The translations under genes and the position numbers were made by a program. The notes below the pieces were generated by a model that saw only the letters and a list, made by a program, of their open reading frames with translations, searched no databases and was not told where the DNA came from. A stretch of DNA of 50,991 bases from Planctomycetota bacterium (lineage in GTDB: Bacteria; Planctomycetota; Phycisphaerae; WQYP01), in the NCBI GenBank assembly GCA_021808105.1, contig JAKBCC010000003.1:1-50991 (forward strand), in the 5' to 3' direction. Positions 28,910 to 37,105 of the stretch are shown here, piece after piece. The stretch's first letter is position 1. Each line of letters begins with the position of its first letter.

Positions 28910-29413
28910 TTATTGAATCGGGCACGCTTCGGTAATAGGCTTACCCGCCGTCGAAAACAACTCCCTTAGCACCTTAACGCGCTGGAGTCCTTCACGATAA
29001 AGCTGCTCAAAGAGAGTTTTTACCTGCCCACTGACTGCTACGGTGGCATAGCGGCTGTAAAAACTGATGGAACGTTTCTCGCTGGCCACAATTAATCGCA
29101 TCGCTTCATCAAAGCGGGCATCGTCGCGCGCGTCAACAAGTCGCGGACCTACGCAGACCAGGCTTTTATCCTCCGCCGTAAGAAAAAAGCACGCCGCAGG
29201 AAAAAGCTGGGTTAAAAGCGCCTGGACGGCCTCCCGCTGGGCATTTTCCTGCCGGACCATTTCCTGAAACGCGGCACGCAGCGAATCCGTGGCGGATTTC
29301 TCCGTCAGGACGCTATAACGATACGCCGAGACGGATTCCCCATACGCGGCAATAGCCAACGCCTTATCATCGCCAATCCGTGCGGCATCAAGATGCGGCA
29401 AACGCTTAACCAT
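28910..29413 (-). CDS. Ferritin-like/rubrerythrin-like four-helix protein
   Basis: Duplicated pattern AL.IA..GE..S…Y and AMRL…SEKRS..FY…F..L..E. Start set at MVKRL. Confidence 0.6.
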   Translation of the reverse strand: MVKRLPHLDAARIGDDKALAIAAYGESVSAYRYSVLTEKSATDSLRAAFQEMVRQENAQREAVQALLTQLFPAACFFLTAEDKSLVCVGPRLVDARDDARFDEAMRLIVASEKRSISFYSRYATVAVSGQVKTLFEQLYREGLQRVKVLRELFSTAGKPITEACPIQ

Positions 29414-29523
29414 AATCGTAATGATACCAGAACCTCGTCCGATTCCCACGCGCGACGCACCACATCGGCAGTCCGCAGCCCCAACTGAAGCGACATTCCC
29501 GCTCCACATGGCCGTGCGGGAAA

Positions 29524-29554
29524 CCCCACATAGCCGCCGGCTTTGCCGGTGGTG
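29524..29554. repeat. REP-like palindrome (family B)
   Basis: CCCCACATAGCCGCCGGCTTTGCCGGTGGTG, 29/31 identical to the copy at 35406-35436. Confidence 0.75.
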
Positions 29555-29730
29555 GAATGCACCCCATACGCATCCCGCCGCACCGGAACTAATCGGTGTG
29601 ATTTGCCTCGATTTGGCGCTATCTTGGTCTCGCCCGGAAAAATTGCCGCGCCCTGCCGTAAGGGAGGCAGCGCGTGCATGCGTGCGGTTGCGGGCGGTAG
29701 GGGACACCGTTAGTATTGCCGACGTGAAAG

Positions 29731-31005
29731 GTGGCCATGACGGCGTTACCGCCAACGGGTAAAGTGATGGATGCGATCTCAGCTATACCTTCCGACTCTT
29801 CGGCCGCCGGGCGCGACCCAAGCGAACAATCGCTCGCGTTGCTACAGACACCTGACCTACTCAAAATTTGCGGGAAATATGAAGCGGACGAGCGCTGTAG
29901 GCGCGAGGCCGTCGGCTTGAACGTGTTTACCATTGTCTCGAACACTTATTACCGGGAAAATTTTCACAGCGATATTTGGGCGACCTTTTTGGATAGGAAC
30001 AAGCCCCATGGCGGCGGTGCCGAGTACTTCCGTCACTTCCTCGCGTTCCTAAAGGCGTGCTCCCCACAGCACGACGATATCCCGGACGCCGATGCTTTCG
30101 GTGATTATGTGACGGAGCGGGAGAAGGATCGTATCGACGTGGGTATACGGGGTGAAGGCAAGAATCAGTGCCGGCCGAAAGCCATCATCATCGAAAACAA
30201 GATCTACAAGGCAATAGACCAGCCGGGGCAGCTGCCTCGCTACTACAACGAACTGAGCAAGGATTTCGATGTTGTTGCGGTCGTTTACCTGTCACTCTGC
30301 GGCGATAAAACACCCGACAAATCGGGCTGGAGCGCTGAAGATAGAGAATCGATAGATAAAAAGCTTATTTGCGTCGGGGCATTTACAAATGGCAAAGGCC
30401 CGGATTTGCTAACTCATTGGATACAGCCGTGTATCGTTGCCGCGGAAAATATCGATGCCGTTGTGATCCTTCGGCAATATGGAAAACTCTTGCGCTATTT
30501 AGGGGCCGACATTATGAACAGTCCGGTGATGGGCGAATTCTGGAAATTTATGAGACAGGGCGGTAACTACGGTGCTGCGCTTACGGTCCGCGACCTGGTG
30601 CAGCAGATACCGGAGTACCTCGCGAGCAAGACCAGGGACAAGTATCAAGGGGAGTGCCGCCCATTCGACAAAACCTGGGTCTACGCGGATACCACGACCG
30701 TGTTCGCAGGCCTCAAATTCGGCGGTGCCACTATTGCCGCCGACCTCGAATTCCAAGAGACGGGAACCACCATCCTAACCATTTTCGACTGCCACAGATG
30801 GGACGCACCCGAAGGGGGCACTTGCGTAGTCCAAGAACTGTTACAGAAGGCCGGTCTGACCGCCTATTTCGAAGAGGTCGATTTCAGCAACGGAAGACGA
30901 CACCTTCTTACGCCAGCTTTCACTTTGCCAGCACAAGAGGACGAGCTGCACAGATTTTTGAGCGAAACGTTCCTTCCTAGCCTCCAAAAGGCGACCACTA
31001 CGTAA
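29731..31005 (+). CDS. PD-(D/E)XK nuclease family protein (PDDEXK_4-like)
   Basis: LNVF…RENFHSD…FLD…H, RE..RIDV…IIIENKI.A.DQPGQLPRYY, VYLS. Start uncertain. Confidence 0.82.
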   Translation: MAMTALPPTGKVMDAISAIPSDSSAAGRDPSEQSLALLQTPDLLKICGKYEADERCRREAVGLNVFTIVSNTYYRENFHSDIWATFLDRNKPHGGGAEYFRHFLAFLKACSPQHDDIPDADAFGDYVTEREKDRIDVGIRGEGKNQCRPKAIIIENKIYKAIDQPGQLPRYYNELSKDFDVVAVVYLSLCGDKTPDKSGWSAEDRESIDKKLICVGAFTNGKGPDLLTHWIQPCIVAAENIDAVVILRQYGKLLRYLGADIMNSPVMGEFWKFMRQGGNYGAALTVRDLVQQIPEYLASKTRDKYQGECRPFDKTWVYADTTTVFAGLKFGGATIAADLEFQETGTTILTIFDCHRWDAPEGGTCVVQELLQKAGLTAYFEEVDFSNGRRHLLTPAFTLPAQEDELHRFLSETFLPSLQKATTT

Positions 31006-31305
31006 CAGGTAACGCGTCCGCATTTCAATATCGCGCGGCGGTGCTCTCGCCGGTCGGACGGTGGCAACGCGACGAAAGAACCCGGGTGAGACCTCGCTTC
31101 CCAGGCTTTTCAGCGGAGGGTGTCCACCCCCCGCAGGCACTTTTGGAAGTTATCCGGTGCTCTTCACCAGCGCCAAAACCACCAACCTGATATGCGCCGG
31201 CGGGGAGGGCCAAGGCTCGTTGTCCAGCGCCAGATCAGAATTCTGTTCGACTGACGCGGATTTTGCTGCGGCAGTTTTGAAAACATGCGATCACCACGGG
31301 AGGGA

Positions 31306-31645
31306 ACCGCGGATTGCGCGGATAACGCGGATACGAGGGTATCGGGCTGCGGCCCGATAGAGCCGGTGAAAGAAGAGAGTTGAGCAGTAGAGCAAATTCG
31401 GCTGGTACAAAAGAGTGGCGGTCGCCGAGACAAAACGGAGCCTGCGGTCTGCTTTCAACTTTCTGGTCCGCTTTCTCTCAAGTCTCCATAACGTAGATTG
31501 GTTTTGGAATCGTTGCGGCATTGGCGGCTGACAAAAATAGTTCTGATTGCCAAAACAGTTATCAAACGGCGCTTTGAGTGGCGCTTCGGGAGGTAGCAAG
31601 CATGGAGGCCCGGCGTTTATCCGCGAAATCAGCGGAATCCGCGGT
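31306..31645. mobile_element. MITE-like 340-bp segment with 28-bp imperfect terminal inverted repeats
   Basis: Left ACCGCGGATTGCGCGGATAACGCGGATA versus reverse complement of right ACCGCGGATTCCGCTGATTTCGCGGATA (24/28). No convincing ORF inside. Confidence 0.5.
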
Positions 31646-31775
31646 CTTTTTTTACGGTCAATTCTTCGTGCGTCCAGGAAAATTGGCGCGTCCGGCCGCA
31701 GTGCCCGGCCATCGCTGCAATCGGCGGTGCGGTGGGTTATAATGTTTTGGTGAAGTTGATCAGCGGAGCTGTCGA

Positions 31776-32018
31776 ATGACAAAAAAAGATGAAAAATTGC
31801 CGACCTTTGAGGAATCCATCGCCCGCCTGGAAGGCATTGTCGAACAGATTGCCTCCGGGAAGGTGGGCTTGGAAGAGAGTTTGGTCATGTATGAAAAAGG
31901 CATGGAACTGGTGCAACGCTGCCGCGCGATTCTAGACAGCGCTGAAAAGCGCATTGAGCTTTTATCACAGGCGGGCGGCACGCTGAAGGCCGCACCGCTG
32001 GAATCTCAAAGCCTATAA
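31776..32018 (+). CDS. xseB: Exodeoxyribonuclease VII small subunit
   Basis: TFEESIARLEGIV…LEESL..YEKG..L…C…L..AE.RI; GGAG RBS. Confidence 0.93.
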   Translation: MTKKDEKLPTFEESIARLEGIVEQIASGKVGLEESLVMYEKGMELVQRCRAILDSAEKRIELLSQAGGTLKAAPLESQSL

Positions 32019-32055
32019 AAAAGCGATCCGCAGTTGTTTGCAACTGCGGATCGCT
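32017..32055 (-). terminator. Rho-independent terminator, possibly bidirectional
   Basis: Perfect 15-bp stem AGCGATCCGCAGTTG/CAACTGCGGATCGCT with a U-tract on the minus strand, between convergent xseB and glnK. Confidence 0.8.
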
Positions 32056-32134
32056 CCCGTTAGTTCACGTTTCATTTCATAAGCGATCCTGAATCGGGGC
32101 ATGTCCCAGTGCTGCAGAATCGCAATCGCGTGCG

Positions 32135-32488
32135 TCAGATGGCGTCGCTGCCAACCGTGCCATCGCTGACACGCACCACGTTATCCAGAGGCATGATAAA
32201 CATCTTGCCATCGCCGATCTGGCCTTTTCCACCGGGTCCACTGCGTGCCGCTTTGACAATGGCATCGACCGTGGGCTGGACAAAATTTTCATTCACGGCA
32301 ATTTCCAGACGTACTTTGCGAATCAGATTGACCTGCATCGCCTGACCGCGGAAGTATTCCGTGTGGCCCTTCTGCCGGCCATAGCCCTGCACATCGCTGA
32401 CGGTCAGACGAAATACTTCGACATCCGTCAGGGCCTGTTTCACTGCTTCCAGGCGATGGGGTTGGATAATGGCGATAATTAATTTCAT
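32135..32488 (-). CDS. glnK: Nitrogen regulatory protein P-II
   Basis: MKLIIAIIQP, GYGRQKG, K58 and G.IGDGK.F motifs; adjacent to amtB. Confidence 0.93.
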   Translation of the reverse strand: MKLIIAIIQPHRLEAVKQALTDVEVFRLTVSDVQGYGRQKGHTEYFRGQAMQVNLIRKVRLEIAVNENFVQPTVDAIVKAARSGPGGKGQIGDGKMFIMPLDNVVRVSDGTVGSDAI

Positions 32489-32513
32489 TGAGGTTTCTCC
32501 ATTTCAAGTTTTA

Positions 32514-32550
32514 TAAAAGCCCCCGCCTCGATACCCGCTCGAGGCGGGGG
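32514..32550 (-). terminator. GC-rich hairpin with U-tract between amtB and glnK
   Basis: 12-bp stem CCCCCGCCTCGA/TCGAGGCGGGGG, 7-nt loop, followed by CTTTTA on the minus strand. Confidence 0.6.
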
Positions 32551-32580
32551 GCCTGTTAACAACACTACTTTCAGCACCGT

Positions 32581-34089
32581 TTAGTTGGCACCGAATGGCA
32601 ACGCCACGGACTGTTCGGGGAAGGTATTGGTATCCAGGCCGACCTCGCCGTGTATTCCCAAATCCAATCCTTCGATTTCCACCTGCTCGGAGACACGTAT
32701 CTCCATGAACAGTCGCATCACAAATATGATAATCGCAGTCACGACGCCCGCATAGACCACGGCATCGCTGGCGGCGAGAATCTGCAATAACACCTGATGG
32801 AAGTTGCCGTCAATCCAGCCTGCAACGCCGTTAATGGCGGTACTGGCGAACACACCGGTCAACACGGCACCAAGGAATCCACCGATGGCATGCACGCCAA
32901 AGGCATCCAAAGCGTCATCGTAACCGAAGATCGTCTTGATCTGGGCACCCCAGTAGCAGACGATGCCGGCAGCCAAGCCGATAATCGGCGATGACCAGAG
33001 CGCGACATATCCGCAAGCCGGTGTAATGGCGACCAACCCCGCGACAAATCCTGAGGCCATGCCCAAGCTTGTAGCGCGGCGATGATGCATCCATTCCGCA
33101 AAGTTCCAGGCCAGACCGGCCATGGCTGTGGCTACGGTGGTGTTGAGGAATGCGGCGCAAGCCAGGCCGTTGGCGGCATTGGCCGAACCGGCATTAAAGC
33201 CATACCATCCAAACCAGAGCAATCCAGCACCGGTGAGGGTGTTGAACAACGAGTTGGGCTGAATAACATTCGGGAACCCTTTTCGTTTGCCGATCATAAT
33301 CGCGGCAACCAGGCCCGATACACCGGATGAAATATGCACAACCGTACCACCGGCAAAGTCTACTGCACCCATCTGTGCCAACCAGCCGTTGCCCCAGATA
33401 AAGTGGGCCAGGGGGTCATACACCAGCGTGCCCCACAGGAGAATAAATACGCACCAGGCACCATATTTCATACGTTCGGCAATGGAGCCGGCGATCAGAG
33501 CGGGCGTAATAACCGCGAACATGGCCTGAAACATATTGAAAATGGTTTCCGGAACGGGAAATTGCCCGCCGGCGGGAGCGCCAGCCACGCCCGTGATGGC
33601 GTTGATGGGATCCAATCCCAGCATCAGCAGCCGGCTGGGATCCCAGCCGATAAATTTCTGCACCATGGGATTTGCCGAGGTACCGAAGGAGAGCATATAC
33701 CCAAACAGGAACCACTGAACGATAATCACGCCCAGGGCTGAGTAAGAGGTCATCATCGTGGCCAGGAAGTTTTTCTTCCGGACAATACCGCCGTAATACA
33801 ACGCCAGACCGGGCATCATGACCATCACCAGTGCGGTGGCCGCCAACATCCATGCGGTGCTGCCGGTGTCATAGGTCTGCTGTGCCCACGCTCCGGTTAC
33901 CGGGGCCGGGGCGGTCGTGGTGGCGGCCGGTGCCGTAGCTGCGACTGCGGTGGTAGCTGCCGCTGTAGCCGGTGCCGTCTGAGCAAATAACTGTCCGGCC
34001 ATAGTCATTACGAGCACAACCGCGGCCAAGCCGAACATCCACCGGATTGTACTTGCTCTTGCGAGCTTGGTGAGTTTAGTAAAACCCAT
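32581..34089 (-). CDS. amtB: Ammonium transporter
   Basis: PGLALYYGG, FQAMFA.IT, DFAGGTVVH, LLWFGWYGFN, GLVAITPACG and DDALDAFGVH (both conserved His). GGAGG RBS before ATG 34089. Confidence 0.96.
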   Translation of the reverse strand: MGFTKLTKLARASTIRWMFGLAAVVLVMTMAGQLFAQTAPATAAATTAVAATAPAATTTAPAPVTGAWAQQTYDTGSTAWMLAATALVMVMMPGLALYYGGIVRKKNFLATMMTSYSALGVIIVQWFLFGYMLSFGTSANPMVQKFIGWDPSRLLMLGLDPINAITGVAGAPAGGQFPVPETIFNMFQAMFAVITPALIAGSIAERMKYGAWCVFILLWGTLVYDPLAHFIWGNGWLAQMGAVDFAGGTVVHISSGVSGLVAAIMIGKRKGFPNVIQPNSLFNTLTGAGLLWFGWYGFNAGSANAANGLACAAFLNTTVATAMAGLAWNFAEWMHHRRATSLGMASGFVAGLVAITPACGYVALWSSPIIGLAAGIVCYWGAQIKTIFGYDDALDAFGVHAIGGFLGAVLTGVFASTAINGVAGWIDGNFHQVLLQILAASDAVVYAGVVTAIIIFVMRLFMEIRVSEQVEIEGLDLGIHGEVGLDTNTFPEQSVALPFGAN

Positions 34090-34292
34090 CAATAGTTCCT
34101 CCAAAGAACTTTTCCTGAAAAATCTGAACGGCTCTGTCGCACCGCACGACAGAACTTCTTGTCTGATGAGGGACTCCATGAAATCTCCTTGCTGAAAAAT
34201 GCCCTTGCGCCGCAGGCCGCCTGCACTGCGCTGATTGCTGTAAGTCATCTGGAATTACAATTTCCTGACAACGTCAACTCGTAGACTCTGCA

Positions 34293-34751
34293 TCAGGAGA
34301 GCCGGTTAGCTTTGGGGTTCGCTTCCGGACTCAATACGTTGTCATAACTATGTGTAGAATTGAATTCATAACGATTGCCGTTGATGGTTGTGAAGTGTTC
34401 CAGCCATCGCGTCCGCGAGCATCGAATTGCAATACGATCAATGGCACATTTTTCCACCACGTCCGGTGCAACGGGTGCTGACAAGCCACTACGGTCGCTC
34501 GGCATTTGGGACGGTGCACTGTGAAAGCCGGAAATCTGTAAGCCGGCATGGGGGATATTTTGCGGATCAAATGTCGTAATTCCTGCCCGTGTGCCCCCCG
34601 TGTGATAGGGCGTAACATAGTTGTATCCCGCCGATTGATGCGATGGAAAATGATTGACAGCGGTGAGATTCAGGAAAAAAGCCAGCACCACCAGGGTTGC
34701 CACAAGGAGTTCCCATGATTCCAACAGCATCCGGACCTTTTTTCCGTTCAT
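34293..34751 (-). CDS. Hypothetical protein with N-terminal TM helix
   Basis: ORF with hydrophobic segment LLVATLVVLAFFLNLTAV, between the sigma54 promoter and amtB. No recognised family. Confidence 0.35.
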   Translation of the reverse strand: MNGKKVRMLLESWELLVATLVVLAFFLNLTAVNHFPSHQSAGYNYVTPYHTGGTRAGITTFDPQNIPHAGLQISGFHSAPSQMPSDRSGLSAPVAPDVVEKCAIDRIAIRCSRTRWLEHFTTINGNRYEFNSTHSYDNVLSPEANPKANRLS

Positions 34752-35032
34752 GATCACGGTATGCACTGGCTGCGGATGGTAAATCTGTCCACTTTGTCCG
34801 AAGCTGTGGTTGCCGGAAAAACTTGGTCTCGGTTGCAGTTGTCGCCGACGGAAATGGTGCACGAGTACTCCAAACCACATGCCCGGATGACACGATCATC
34901 CGAGGACCATCCCGCCATCAGCGGGTTATCGGCGTCCATTCCGACACAAAATTAAAAGCTAAGCCGCCTGACGCGCCTGTATCCATTCAAGCCAACGCCA
35001 GCGGGCCGAAACCGATCCGGCATTGTTATTAA

Positions 35033-35049
35033 AGCAATTTCTATGCCAG
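35033..35049 (-). promoter_or_regulatory. Sigma54 (-24/-12) promoter facing amtB-glnK
   Basis: Minus strand reads CTGGCATAGAAATTGCT, i.e. GG-N10-GC with TGGCA…TTGC consensus. Confidence 0.75.
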
Positions 35050-35061
35050 AGGCTTGGCCAC

Positions 35062-35215
35062 TACCTAAAATTTAGGCAAAAGGGTGGAAAACAAGGGATT
35101 TTATAGTCAAATGGCCCGTCTCGCCGTGATGCGCCGGCAAGCATCAAGCCTAATAAACAGTCAGCCGCTGTTGCCTGCGGTGAGAAAACAGATCGCCGTG
35201 CATCAAAATCAGGCA
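35062..35215. promoter_or_regulatory. Candidate NtrC-type activator boxes
   Basis: TACCTAAAATTTAGGCA (35062-35078) and TGCATCAAAATCAGGCA (35199-35215), TGC-N11-GCA type with AT-rich centres. Confidence 0.55.
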
Positions 35216-35268
35216 CGGGGTCGGTTCGAAGAGGAATGAATAGAAATTACGCAGGGCGCACAATTTAT

Positions 35269-35581
35269 CACAAAGCCGCCGGCTCTGCCGGTGGTGCAAG
35301 GTACGAGGTTATAGGTTACAGGGGACCGGTTACAGGGGGGCCAGCTATCTGGGACAGGTTGCGGTTAGCTGGAAGATAGCCCAGCACCGCGCCGATGTCC
35401 CGATGCCCCACAAAGCCGCCGGCTCTGCCGGTGGTGCAAGGTACGAGGTTATAGGTTACCAGGGGACCGGTTACAGGGGGGCAAGCTATCTGGGACAGGT
35501 TGCGGTTAGCTGGAAGATAGCCCAGCACCGCGCCGATGTCCCGATGCCCCACAAAGCCGCCAGATCTGCCGGTGGTGCAGG
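35269..35581. repeat. Tandem repeat of 140/141-bp unit (2 full copies plus a partial third), each starting with a REP-like palindrome
   Basis: Units start at 35269, 35409 and 35550 (CACAAAGCCGCCGGCTCTGCCGGTGGTG…). Units 1 and 2 differ by one indel and one substitution. Confidence 0.92.
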
Positions 35582-35615
35582 CTCCGACATTATCGGAGCG
35601 GTCGATCTCGCGAAC

Positions 35616-35715
35616 GATTTCAAATTCCAGATTTCCGATTTGCAATTCCAGCTGCCAGATGCAACGCTCCAGATTCCAGGTCCCCGGTCCCAGGCCCCCG
35701 GTTCCAGGTCCCCCC
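35616..35715. repeat. Degenerate heptamer tandem repeats
   Basis: 7-nt periodic runs: ATTTCAA ATTCCAG ATTTCCG ATTTGCA ATTCCAG … GTCCCCG GTCCCAG GCCCCCG GTTCCAG GTCCCCC. Confidence 0.7.
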
Positions 35716-35732
35716 AGGCCGCTTTCGCTCCG

Positions 35733-36578
35733 TCACGCAACGACCAGATTATCAATCAGCCGCGTGGTTCCCAGCGTGGCCGCTATTAGAAATACACACG
35801 GTGTGGCAACAGTCTGGCGATATACTTCCAGTGTTTCGGGGTGACAGGCCAAGGCATACTGTACTTCCAGGCCGGCCTGTCCGATGCGCTCACTTAAGCC
35901 GGCTTCCAAAGCCCCGGCATCTCTCACGCCGCCGCTATATTCATGTCGTGCCCAGCTTAACGCTTGGTAAATGCTGCCGGCTTGAGCTCGTTGATCAGGG
36001 GATAAATAGCGGTTGCGGCTGCTCATGGCCAGGCCGTCCGGCTCGCGCAGCGTAGGGGCGGTGACAACCTCTACCGGCATATTCAAATCCCGCACCATGT
36101 GCTTCAGGATCAGTTGCTGCTGAAAATCTTTCTGTCCCAGAATCATTGAGGCCGGCTCAACAATGCCCAGAAGTTTGGCAACCACCGTACACACGCCCCG
36201 AAAATGTCCGGGGCGAATGGCCCCGTCCAGCACGCTGCCCAGCGGTCCTGGATCAATGCTCATCGCGCTGCCGGGGGCGTACATTTCCTCCGGTGATGGG
36301 AAAAACACCGCATCCGCTTCCCATGCCGCGAGATGGGCTAAATCCTGTTCAAAAGGGCGGGGATACTTATGAAAATCTTCCTGCGGCCCGAACTGTGTGG
36401 GATTGACAAAAATGGATACCGCAACGATTCCATCCGACCCCGCCAGACGCCGAGCCATGCGTACCAAACTTCCATGCCCTTCATGCAACGCTCCCATGGT
36501 AGGCACAAAGATTACTTTGCCGCCTGCCGCGGACCGCCGATACCGGCGAAATTCAGAAATTGTTTTACAAATGTTCAT
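35733..36578 (-). CDS. panC: Pantoate--beta-alanine ligase
   Basis: VPTMGALHEGH, SIFVNPTQF, RPGHFRGV, GQKDFQQ, DGLAMSSRN and RLIDN motifs. Confidence 0.96.
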   Translation of the reverse strand: MNICKTISEFRRYRRSAAGGKVIFVPTMGALHEGHGSLVRMARRLAGSDGIVAVSIFVNPTQFGPQEDFHKYPRPFEQDLAHLAAWEADAVFFPSPEEMYAPGSAMSIDPGPLGSVLDGAIRPGHFRGVCTVVAKLLGIVEPASMILGQKDFQQQLILKHMVRDLNMPVEVVTAPTLREPDGLAMSSRNRYLSPDQRAQAGSIYQALSWARHEYSGGVRDAGALEAGLSERIGQAGLEVQYALACHPETLEVYRQTVATPCVFLIAATLGTTRLIDNLVVA

Positions 36579-36602
36579 CCGGCAATCTCTTTTGATTCAG
36601 AC

Positions 36603-37088
36603 TCAGGGACACGACCCCATCGGACATGCCCGCAAAAGCGCCATCATGGATTTTCCCAGCAGAGGATGGATCATTTCCGGGGCAATTTCCGCCAATGGCC
36701 GCAACACAAATAATCGATCATGCAGCCGGGGATGCGGAATGGTTAAGTCCGGTTTCTCCAATATCAAATCATTATAAAAAAGAATGTCCAAGTCTATCAG
36801 GCGCGGGCCATGCCGTATTTCACCGGTTCGAAACCGCCCCAGCTTCCGTTCAACGCCGGCCAAAGCCGTCAAAAGGTCTTCGGGTGACATTTCCGTTGTC
36901 AGGCGCGCGGCAGCGTTGCAGTAATCTTCCTGTCCGGGCGGTCCGCCCACCGGGGCGGTGATAATAAACTGGGATACGCGTTCCACCTGTGTTCCCGGCA
37001 ACTCTGCAATTGCCGCCAGCGCCTGGCGCAGATTCTCTTCCCGATTTTCCAGGTTGCTTCCAAGTGCGATGTAACAAATTGCGGCCAT
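36603..37088 (-). CDS. folK: 2-amino-4-hydroxy-6-hydroxymethyldihydropteridine diphosphokinase
   Basis: YIALGSNL, GPRLIDLDILFY and LTIPHPRLHDRLFVL.PL.EI motifs. Confidence 0.96.
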   Translation of the reverse strand: MAAICYIALGSNLENREENLRQALAAIAELPGTQVERVSQFIITAPVGGPPGQEDYCNAAARLTTEMSPEDLLTALAGVERKLGRFRTGEIRHGPRLIDLDILFYNDLILEKPDLTIPHPRLHDRLFVLRPLAEIAPEMIHPLLGKSMMALLRACPMGSCP

Positions 37089-37105
37089 GTAAGACGTTAT
37101 CCTGT

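Noticed and set aside
29414-29755. 113-aa N-terminal extension of the ferritin-like ORF
   Set aside because: Low-complexity Arg/Gly/Ala sequence that crosses a REP and overlaps the divergent nuclease start.
31025-31782. Short ORFs between the nuclease and xseB
   Set aside because: They mostly translate repeat DNA (e.g. RIRVIRAIRG) and lack RBS or family motifs.
34090-34290. Known riboswitch (e.g. glutamine) upstream of amtB
   Set aside because: No conserved aptamer consensus recognisable by eye; an Rfam scan would be needed.
35269-35581. Possible CRISPR array (three ~30-bp palindromic repeats)
   Set aside because: The intervening sequences are about 110 bp and near-identical to each other, and no cas genes are present. 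This is a tandem duplication.
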